Assembly: GCA_963787125.1 (NCBI GenBank) | Contig: CAWBBV010000012.1 | Coordinates: 224,001-288,000 of the forward strand | Reading direction: 5' to 3' | Source of the DNA: an uncultured delta proteobacterium | GTDB taxonomy: Bacteria > Desulfobacterota > Desulfuromonadia > Geobacterales > DSM-12255 | DNA length: 64,000 nucleotides | Shown here: positions 56,291 through 64,000 of the stretch, piece after piece | How positions within the stretch are numbered: the stretch's first letter is position 1 | Layout of the letters: each line of letters starts with the position of its first letter | Made by a program: the position numbers and the translations under genes | Notes under the pieces: model-generated | What the model was told of the DNA's origin: nothing | The model's database searches: none | The model's input: only the letters and a program-made list of their open reading frames with translations

Positions 56291-59200
56291 TTATTTTTTC
56301 ATGATCTCCACTATGCTCAGATTCCAGCGATCACTTACCGGTGCGATATTATTTATGGTAACTACGGTTCCAGCCGGCTGGATTGTGGCGTTTTGCCGCT
56401 GTACCCAGGTAGTGTAATCGTTGGGGTCCAGATTTTGATGTACCATGACCTGATTAGGTCCAAGCGAGCGTGCAACCGCATGATCCCAGTCTGTCCCCAC
56501 GCCGAACACCCATGAGTCGGCACTCTGGGTGATAAGGGAGGCTGTCGGTGCACCGGTCGCTGAACTCCCGCCGCCAACGGCTCCTACCGGAGTCGCAATA
56601 TTTACATCGGCAAATGCAACCAGAGTTATGGAAGCTGGAATATTCTGTGACAGCGCCGCGGTTACTGTCGTATGACTCAATGGCGTCGTGGCAAAAGCAC
56701 GCCAGATTTCAGCCGTCCCGAATTGTGCATTAGTCCGCCGCACCAAAGTCCAGTTTAATCCGCCGCCGGTCACTCCGGTTACGGTTGTATTGGCAGTGGT
56801 ACCGGTGGTTGCGGCCGCAACGAATGCCAGCAAAAGTTCGTCACCAGCCCTGGTAGAAAAAACAGGAGTCGTAATACTCGGAGCAAAAGAGCTGGAATCC
56901 ATGAAAGTGGTGACGTCAACAACAAGGCCTGTTGCAGAGAAGTTTATTCCGGCGATATTGGTGCCGTTCATAACTACCGCCGCAGATGCCGGTGAGAACG
57001 TAATCCCGCTTTTGGACGGCGTAACGGTGTAGCTGCCATTGGCCAAATTAGTAAAGCTATAGCTGCCATCAGCAGCGGCTGTAACTGTGGCAACCCTGGT
57101 TGCACCTTCAGTCAGCGTTACCAATGCTCCGCCACCTGCAGGCGCCGGACTGATGCTGCCGGAAAGGGTATTTGTATTGATCGATTCCGCGAGGTCCAGA
57201 GTGAGAAAGACTACTCCGTGCGGCGGTAGTGTGACCGCTATCTCCAGCGTGCCGTCAGCAGCCGGTATCCGCAGTACTGACTCAACTTCGGGATTAACCT
57301 GTGCGAGCGCCGCATAAGTTGTTCTGTTCGTATTAAAGATGTTGATCAAATCTACGACTGTGTCATCGGTGTTGAATGGATCCAGATCATAGGGGGAGAG
57401 GCCGTTACGCCAGACTCCAAGGCTATCCGCAAGCCACCTGGTTGAATAGTTGCCATGATTACGATCGATTCTGTACCAGGTTGCTTTCACTCCGGCAGCG
57501 GGGACGCCGGTTAGCCTCAGGAGTAACGGCTCACTGGCAGAAGCAGAGCGCGTGCCGTTATGATTGAAAAGCATCAGCCGTGCCTGTCCGATAACGCCGC
57601 CAACAGGCCTGACAGCCAGCCCCCCCACCACGTCACTGGCCAATGTCTGTTGTCCCGCGACTTTTGTGCCGGTCAAGCTGACGCCGCCGGCGAGATGCTG
57701 TTGAAAAAGGTTGAGCACATTGCGGAGCGGTGGAGGCACGTCAGCCTTGCCGGTGTTCCAGAGCGAGCTCCAGTGAAGATCCTGTTCAACAACTGTATCT
57801 GTGAGCAGCGCGAAATATGACCCTCCGAGCTCTGTTCCGTCGAGTCGCGAGTACATGACAGCGCCATTTTCATCATCAAGAACATACCCTTCGTCAATAC
57901 TCAGCGGGATACCAGCAAATTTGGAATATGGCGCCAGTGCAGCGCGAATGTTTGCAACTGCAGATGAAATTTTAACCGGATTGTCGTCATAGTAAGAGAA
58001 ACTTAAGGCCGTCGGTACGACCGGTGATTCACCCGGAATACTGAAAGTACCAGCCTGGATTCGGGCTGCCAGTGCCGGGATCAACGAAGAGCTTGTGGAC
58101 ATGAAATTGCCCGGATTGATGCTGATCCGTGTCCCTACGTCCGGATTCGCTGCCCGTGCCGCGGAAACAGTGTAATCATAAAACTTGAACCAATCCTGCG
58201 TGCTTCCGGTCCACCAGCCGCTATAATCAGGCTCGGTGCCACAGCGGTAACGCCACGTCGACACCTCTTCGGCCCCATAAAGTGTTTTAAGATTTAAAAA
58301 GAGGGCTTTGATAAAGTTGTAATATTTATTCCAGTCTTTAGGTGGGCTCGTGTTCGTGCCGAAATCACCGGAGATTGCCGTCGGGTCGCTTGCCAGCAAG
58401 ACTGGAGAATAGGAAAGCACGATATAAGGTTTGAAACCGGCAGCCAGGACAGTGTCCAGCTTCGTCGTTAATCTTTCAAAGTGATAAACCGGATTACCGG
58501 AACTGTCTTCGTCATAAAGTTCGTTTTCCGGAAAGTCAAGCATCCCACCGGTCGCATTAAACATGGCCACAAACTTGATTATCGCTGGGTCTGCATCGGC
58601 GGAGGTAACCGGAACAGGCACCCACAAAGCCCAGGTATCCCAGGGTGAATGAACCGTTCTTGTACCTGTTTCTGCAAGATTGATTTCGTATGTCGTAGTT
58701 AACGTATTATTTACAATGATCGTTACCGGTGAAGAGAGGCTGTTATTGCCGGCGGCATCATAGGCTCTGGCTGTGAGGGTATAGCTGCCATTGGCTTTAG
58801 TGGCAGTATCAGCACTGTAGCTAAAAGGGGCGGATGTATCAGTGTAGTCAAGAATGCCATTCACATAAAACAACACCCTGGTGACGCCGATGTTATCCGC
58901 AGCTGTGGCACTGATCGTGATCGTCCCTCTGACGGTAGCGTTGTTTGCCGGCGCTGTTATGGAGACAGTCGGCGCCTGTGTATCAGCTGCCAAAGTAATA
59001 GTGGTTGAAGCACTGCTGCGGTAAGAAATATTACCGGCAGTATCCTTTGCCCAGGCATAAAGCGTTTTTGTCCCGGCAGAGGTAAAGTTGTAGCTTGTCG
59101 GAGCAGTGCTGCTCCAGCCGCTGCTACTTACCCTTGGCGTTATACTGCTGGTACTGAGGTAATAGCCGGTCACGCCGACGTTGTCAGTGGCAACGAACCT

Positions 59201-59368
59201 GATTCCTGTTACCTGCAAACTGCTGGAAGTGGACGGGAGAGTAAAGGATGTGATGACCGGTCTGGTTCGATCTATGGCAGCAACGGCGACATTCGGCATC
59301 AACGCGGTTATGCAGACAATAATCAGCATGCCGGTTAAAGCGATGAGTACTTTGTTGGCATTAAGCAT
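56291..59368 (-). CDS. Secreted GH39-like glycoside hydrolase with Ig-like domains
   Basis: Signal peptide, Ig-like repeats (YAWAKDTAGN, AYDAAGN), WRYRCGTEPD (WNEP-like acid/base), SIDEG, YRIDRNHGN. Confidence 0.65.
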   Translation of the reverse strand: MLNANKVLIALTGMLIIVCITALMPNVAVAAIDRTRPVITSFTLPSTSSSLQVTGIRFVATDNVGVTGYYLSTSSITPRVSSSGWSSTAPTSYNFTSAGTKTLYAWAKDTAGNISYRSSASTTITLAADTQAPTVSITAPANNATVRGTITISATAADNIGVTRVLFYVNGILDYTDTSAPFSYSADTATKANGSYTLTARAYDAAGNNSLSSPVTIIVNNTLTTTYEINLAETGTRTVHSPWDTWALWVPVPVTSADADPAIIKFVAMFNATGGMLDFPENELYDEDSSGNPVYHFERLTTKLDTVLAAGFKPYIVLSYSPVLLASDPTAISGDFGTNTSPPKDWNKYYNFIKALFLNLKTLYGAEEVSTWRYRCGTEPDYSGWWTGSTQDWFKFYDYTVSAARAANPDVGTRISINPGNFMSTSSSLIPALAARIQAGTFSIPGESPVVPTALSFSYYDDNPVKISSAVANIRAALAPYSKFAGIPLSIDEGYVLDDENGAVMYSRLDGTELGGSYFALLTDTVVEQDLHWSSLWNTGKADVPPPLRNVLNLFQQHLAGGVSLTGTKVAGQQTLASDVVGGLAVRPVGGVIGQARLMLFNHNGTRSASASEPLLLRLTGVPAAGVKATWYRIDRNHGNYSTRWLADSLGVWRNGLSPYDLDPFNTDDTVVDLINIFNTNRTTYAALAQVNPEVESVLRIPAADGTLEIAVTLPPHGVVFLTLDLAESINTNTLSGSISPAPAGGGALVTLTEGATRVATVTAAADGSYSFTNLANGSYTVTPSKSGITFSPASAAVVMNGTNIAGINFSATGLVVDVTTFMDSSSFAPSITTPVFSTRAGDELLLAFVAAATTGTTANTTVTGVTGGGLNWTLVRRTNAQFGTAEIWRAFATTPLSHTTVTAALSQNIPASITLVAFADVNIATPVGAVGGGSSATGAPTASLITQSADSWVFGVGTDWDHAVARSLGPNQVMVHQNLDPNDYTTWVQRQNATIQPAGTVVTINNIAPVSDRWNLSIVEIMKK

Positions 59369-59391
59369 TTGATTTCCCCTATCTAATTACC

Positions 59392-61992
59392 TTATCTGGT
59401 TACAATCAAACTGGCCCGTTTTGTCACTGATCGATAAACCGCTGAAATGGTGACAGTTCTGCTGCTTAATACCGGCGAAGTGGTGATGGTGAAATTCGCA
59501 CTGCTGCTTCCTGCCGGCACCGTTACGCTGGCAGGCAAAGTAGCTGCCGTCGAATTGTCGCTCAGTGAAACCTTTGCACCGCCGGTCGGCGCCGGACCAC
59601 TAAGGATTACCGTTCCCTGGGAAGTTTTCCCGCCGGTAACAGTGCCCGGGTTAACTGAAAGCGTACTCAATGCCGGCGGATTGACTGTGATGCTCGCCGT
59701 CCTTGTCACCCCTTTATATGCAGCAGAAATGGTGACTGCGGTAGAACTGCTCACCGGAGTAGTCGCAATATTGAAAGTCACACTGTTACTGCCGCCCGGC
59801 ACCGTTACAAAAGCAGGCAGAGTAGCTGCGCTGGAGTTGTCGCTCACTGAAATATTCACACCACCCGTCGGTGCAACACCGCTCAAAGTTATTATGCCTT
59901 GAACTGTTGTCCCGCCGGTCACAGCAGTTTGGTTAACAGAGATCAAAGTCAGATCCGGTGTCAGCGAAACAGTCCCCTGAACTTTAACAGTCGATACTGC
60001 AGACCCTACCTTTACCTTGACGCCATTATTTGTCGTTCGGTAATCGGCAGCAGTGGCCGGCAGGTTATTCAGCAGAACGTTCAGACTGCTGGCGTATAGA
60101 GGCGGTACGACGATCTCAATTGCAGTTGCCGGGTCTGTTGCTCCGACAACAGTTATTGTTGCAATGTAACCATCTGCGGTGATTTCGACCCTGGGGGTAA
60201 CAGACACCTTGGCGCGCAGCCGCCACCAGTCGTTGATGCCGACCGCATTGCTGCGCAAGAGCCGGGGTTTGGTAAGGCTGTAGTTGAGATACTCCTTGGC
60301 AACAGTGCCGGTATCTGATGGTTGATGGCCATAAAAATTAATTAATCCACCAAGATTGTAATAGAAATCAATTGCCGCCCTTATAGAGGCGACAGTTTGA
60401 TCCTCAGACCGCTGGGAGATCTCTGAACCGACATACCAGTCACTGACAGGCTCTGAAATTGTTGAGAAAATTTTACCGGGCGTCTTATGAGAGAATGTTC
60501 TGTGGGGGAAGGGACCAATTTTCTGCTCGCCCATGGCAAGGACAGCCCCCAACTCATCGAGAATTTCAAGGGAACCTTCCCTGGTTGAGTTGAAGTAAGG
60601 AGAAGTCCAGGTGCGCGGACAGTTTTTTGTTGAGCTGCACCCTCCCCTGCCATTATCCAGACCTGTCAGCCAACCCTCAAGATCGGTAAATGACTTGAGG
60701 ATGGATGCGGCAGCATAATTTTTTCCGCTTGTGTAGCCTGCCGTTGTCGTGTCCAGAGCCTCATCAGGACCCCAGTGCCAATAATCGTAGTCAGTCGGCA
60801 CCAGGCTGACATTTACCGGATTTTTGAGACCACCGTTGTGGGAGCCGATTGTTGCGCCATAACTGGTAACAGCATTACGCAGACCGGCTATTACTGCCGG
60901 ATTCCCACTCATGTCGTCACGCAATGCACCGGTGCAGAAATAATAATCTCCCTTGAAACCGAGGCTTTTTTCGTACTGGGCAGAAGCTTCTATCCCACGG
61001 ATATTAGTCTGGTCGTTTTCAAAATCATGACGTACTACCAGAGCCGCATCATGCTCGTAAGGCCAGGGACTGACTTTGACAAGCGGCAGCTTGAATGATT
61101 CAAAGGCCCACTCAATCGCACGTCGATAAATAAGATAGGCATACATTCCCGGGTCTGCGCTGCCGTTAGAGATAAACGGCTGAAATACGCCGTGATAGAT
61201 AAATTGCCCGGCCCCATAATTCTTAACAGTCAATAGCGGCCCTGCATCACCATTTGCTATAACGGTCGCGCCACTGGCAATCACTTGCCACGCATAGTGT
61301 TGACCATGGAGCAGATGCTCCGGAGACACTCCTAGCGGAATCTCTTCCGCAGTCAAAGGCGCGCGCCAAACAAGATTACCGGCAGGAAGATGGGAAACCA
61401 GACGATGGTCGCCATTTTTAGTAAAATGCATGTTCAGATACCAGTTTAACAGGTCGTGACTCTGCATGTGCAGACCCATTTCACTGGCGAGGGCAAAATC
61501 GCCACGGGTTGTACCGTCAGGTCTACGGGAAAATGATGAAGATCCTGATAGCAGGAATCCGCCGGCGTTGACATAATCGCGCAACATGGACACTTCATTG
61601 TCGTCTATAGCTTCGGCAGCCAGGCTGATAAGTATCGGGTAACTGGGGGTGCCGTCGGTTTTACGTAATTTACCGGCAGCAATATCACTGTCAGAAATTT
61701 CGACAAAAGGAGTTCCATCGGAACGGAGTGATTCTTTTAAGGATTCATAGCCGACAAAATAGCGCCAGGAGGTATAAAACCACTCATAGCCGCTTGTCCC
61801 TGGTACGGTCGGTGTCGGAGCGGTAGCTGGGAGTGTTTCCAGCGCTTTTGTCAACTCGGAAACATGTATCGCAACAAGCGGTTCGGGAACAGTCGCTGCA
61901 GATCCACTGCCTGCTGCCAGCGACATACCTAAAAGAAGCAGGCATAATATTATAATTATGCGGCTATATGGCCTTTGCGCCGGGAAATTCAT
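59392..61992 (-). CDS. Large secreted protein with a deacetylase-like domain and two C-terminal Ig-like repeats
   Basis: Signal peptide, VRHDFE and IGSHNGG (CE4-like), and two ~93-aa repeats (VTGG...LSG.APTGG...SDNS.AATLPA.VTVP). Confidence 0.6.
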   Translation of the reverse strand: MNFPAQRPYSRIIIILCLLLLGMSLAAGSGSAATVPEPLVAIHVSELTKALETLPATAPTPTVPGTSGYEWFYTSWRYFVGYESLKESLRSDGTPFVEISDSDIAAGKLRKTDGTPSYPILISLAAEAIDDNEVSMLRDYVNAGGFLLSGSSSFSRRPDGTTRGDFALASEMGLHMQSHDLLNWYLNMHFTKNGDHRLVSHLPAGNLVWRAPLTAEEIPLGVSPEHLLHGQHYAWQVIASGATVIANGDAGPLLTVKNYGAGQFIYHGVFQPFISNGSADPGMYAYLIYRRAIEWAFESFKLPLVKVSPWPYEHDAALVVRHDFENDQTNIRGIEASAQYEKSLGFKGDYYFCTGALRDDMSGNPAVIAGLRNAVTSYGATIGSHNGGLKNPVNVSLVPTDYDYWHWGPDEALDTTTAGYTSGKNYAAASILKSFTDLEGWLTGLDNGRGGCSSTKNCPRTWTSPYFNSTREGSLEILDELGAVLAMGEQKIGPFPHRTFSHKTPGKIFSTISEPVSDWYVGSEISQRSEDQTVASIRAAIDFYYNLGGLINFYGHQPSDTGTVAKEYLNYSLTKPRLLRSNAVGINDWWRLRAKVSVTPRVEITADGYIATITVVGATDPATAIEIVVPPLYASSLNVLLNNLPATAADYRTTNNGVKVKVGSAVSTVKVQGTVSLTPDLTLISVNQTAVTGGTTVQGIITLSGVAPTGGVNISVSDNSSAATLPAFVTVPGGSNSVTFNIATTPVSSSTAVTISAAYKGVTRTASITVNPPALSTLSVNPGTVTGGKTSQGTVILSGPAPTGGAKVSLSDNSTAATLPASVTVPAGSSSANFTITTSPVLSSRTVTISAVYRSVTKRASLIVTR

Positions 61993-62204
61993 AGCGACCG
62001 CCTTCGTTCTGAGCCACGCCGGCTACGGCGGTCAGAACCGTCAAACCTGACACTTCTTTTGCGTCGCAACAGGTCATATTCGGGCACTACCCAGCCCTCC
62101 TTGCGCAAGAATGAACTGACGGAGCCTTTCTCAAGCAACAGATCGAGCATTTCAGGCCGCACCATATCAAAACTGTTATCCTTGTACATGACCCTGATGA
62201 GCAT
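61989..62204 (-). CDS. Small protein, GSU3473-family-like
   Basis: MLIRVMY.D..FDMV....LD.LL......F.R.EGWV with a C-terminal F.G.DRR. Confidence 0.75.
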   Translation of the reverse strand: MLIRVMYKDNSFDMVRPEMLDLLLEKGSVSSFLRKEGWVVPEYDLLRRKRSVRFDGSDRRSRRGSERRRSL

Positions 62205-62252
62205 GACCGTCCCCCTATCAGTTTGTATACATAACTATACTTTCAATATATC

Positions 62253-62268
62253 AGCATCAACTGTGCCA
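62253..62268 (-). promoter_or_regulatory. Sigma54 (-24/-12) promoter
   Basis: TGGCACAGTTGATGCT is GG-N10-GC, 49 nt upstream of ATG 62204. Confidence 0.7.
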
Positions 62269-62369
62269 TACTGCAACACACTGTTATTGTTAAATAAATA
62301 TACTAATGCAATGTTTTGTCTTTTGAATTTGTAAGTAGTTTCGACATATCCTTTCAGAATTTTTTGCAG

Positions 62370-63629
62370 TTAAGCCATTATTGCCGGATGCCGTTCCGAC
62401 TTATGAGTATTGGCAGGTTCCATAAAGAAACTGACGGAACCATGCTCAACCGTTTCAGCACCTGCTCCAATCGCTAAACGGATGATCCGGCATATCTGCC
62501 GGATCTCCCCGGATCCGACCGCAGTACCTGTTGGTAGCGAAAGTACACGCTTTACCAGCTTTTCGGTTTCCGGCAGCACTAATCCTGCGTGGGGACTATA
62601 GGAGCGGTATGGCTCCATTCTATGACATCCTGGATAAAAGTATCGCCTTGCCAGCACATTTTCAGCACGAAGAATCTCCACAAGTGCATCTCTGGATACT
62701 CCGGTTATGGATTCATCTATTTCCAAAACAATATATTGGTAATTACATTTTTCCTGTCGATCATAGGAGATTATACTCACTCCGGGGATGTTCCTGAGTT
62801 CCTGCTTATATGACTCGTAGTTTTGATAATTTACGGTAATGAAGTCTTCGATGCTCTCCAGGTTGGTCAAACCGGTCAAAGCCGAAAATTCATTCATTTT
62901 GCCATTCGTGCCGACATAGATGACGTCATCAACGATCCCGGAAAACCCGAAATTTTTCATCAAACGGATTTTCTTGGCCAATTCATCATCGTTGGTGGCA
63001 ATTGCGCCACCTTCGGAGGTGTTAAAGAATTTAGTCGGATGAAAACTGAATACTTCGGCATTGCCAAAACTACCCAACATCCGCCCCTGACAAGAGTTTC
63101 CGAAGCCGTGAGCTGCATCGAAGAGAAGTTTCAGCTTGTGATCTGCAGCTATCTTCTCCAATTTTTCGATGTCACAGGGTCGCCCCCAGAGATGCACTCC
63201 AATTATTCCGCTCGTTCTTGGGGTTATCATCTTTTCAATGCAGGCAGGATCAATGGTATGGGTTTTGGGGTCAATATCGCAAAAAACCGGCGTAATCTCC
63301 TGCCACTGCAATGCATGGGCAGTCGCTACAAAAGTGAACGAAGGAAGTATTACTTCACCTTTCAATTCCAGCGCCCGGATTGCAATTTCCAGCGCTATCG
63401 TCCCGTTGCAAAGGGCTATGCAGTGCTTCACACCGATCATTTCAGCGACTCGCTGCTCAAACTCCTGGACATAAGGGCCATTGTTACTGAGCCACTTCCT
63501 GTCAAGCATATCGTTGACCCGTTCCAAAAGACGGGTTCTATCACCAAAATTGGGACGACCAACATGGAGCGGTTCTTTAAATAGCGGCGTTCTACCAGAT
63601 ATGGTTGAATTTTCAGTCTGAGTATTCAT
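62370..63629 (-). CDS. DegT/DnrJ family NDP-sugar aminotransferase (VioA/DesI-like)
   Basis: NGTIAL, FTFVAT, FDAAHG and SFHPTK...EGG motifs. Confidence 0.92.
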   Translation of the reverse strand: MNTQTENSTISGRTPLFKEPLHVGRPNFGDRTRLLERVNDMLDRKWLSNNGPYVQEFEQRVAEMIGVKHCIALCNGTIALEIAIRALELKGEVILPSFTFVATAHALQWQEITPVFCDIDPKTHTIDPACIEKMITPRTSGIIGVHLWGRPCDIEKLEKIAADHKLKLLFDAAHGFGNSCQGRMLGSFGNAEVFSFHPTKFFNTSEGGAIATNDDELAKKIRLMKNFGFSGIVDDVIYVGTNGKMNEFSALTGLTNLESIEDFITVNYQNYESYKQELRNIPGVSIISYDRQEKCNYQYIVLEIDESITGVSRDALVEILRAENVLARRYFYPGCHRMEPYRSYSPHAGLVLPETEKLVKRVLSLPTGTAVGSGEIRQICRIIRLAIGAGAETVEHGSVSFFMEPANTHKSERHPAIMA

Positions 63630-63688
63630 CTTGTATCCCCCTCTTCACTCACCATTCATTAATATAGGCACACTAACCAATGCAGGGA

Positions 63689-64000
63689 CTAATTAGTAAA
63701 ATCTTCGGCGCAGATCCCCATTAAGAGCACATCTTTCCACTTTCCTTGCTTGAACACATGACTTCTAAGTGTGCCTTCGACGCTGAAGCCGATGCTTTTA
63801 TAGCTCTGTTCTGCTCTGGGGTTATCGGTCAGAACTCCGAGGTGGACTCGCTTGAGACCAATCTCTTCAAAGGCGTATGCAAGCAGCTGGCGAATTGCCG
63901 ACTTTCCGTACCCTTTAGAGCGTTCGTCAGGATCACCGATAAAAATTCTGAGCTCGGCATTTCTAGAGATCCAATTGATCTGACGAAGATAAATATCACC
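63689..64000 (-). CDS. RimJ/RimL-type GNAT acetyltransferase, 3' part
   Basis: Not in the ORF track. Manual translation: ...AELRIFIGD..RSKGYGKSAI...YAFEEIGLKRVHLGV..DNPRA..SYKSIGF..EG.LR..., stop TAG at 63691-63689. Confidence 0.85.
   Translation of the reverse strand, partial: GDIYLRQINWISRNAELRIFIGDPDERSKGYGKSAIRQLLAYAFEEIGLKRVHLGVLTDNPRAEQSYKSIGFSVEGTLRSHVFKQGKWKDVLLMGICAEDFTN

Overview
This looks like a chromosomal window from a Geobacteraceae-like deltaproteobacterium (an inference from gene content). In order it holds: ribD (partial), nrdR and a dCMP deaminase; an acyl-CoA synthetase/ACP/acyltransferase fusion and an MshEN-domain protein; a ~19 kb minus-strand exosortase/PEP-CTERM-type exopolysaccharide locus; an alcohol dehydrogenase, three Hsp20 genes and amrS; a small accessory island (DUF559 nuclease between REP-like palindrome doublets, an MmeI-like type IIL R-M gene with an in-frame palindromic insertion, an orphan ParB); a group 3b-type [NiFe]-hydrogenase operon; a frameshifted lysophospholipase and a B12 radical SAM gene; a STAS/glgC/small Cys-protein cluster; two PAS histidine kinases; and a second glycan locus with three large secreted carbohydrate-active proteins. 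The most unexpected signal is in the intergenic region 40.9-41.3 kb. There a minus-strand unit runs from a sigma70-like promoter through a ~176-nt 6S-RNA-like rod and an abutting, unidentified ~154-nt rod to an intrinsic terminator. All calls come from reading motifs by eye; no searches were run.
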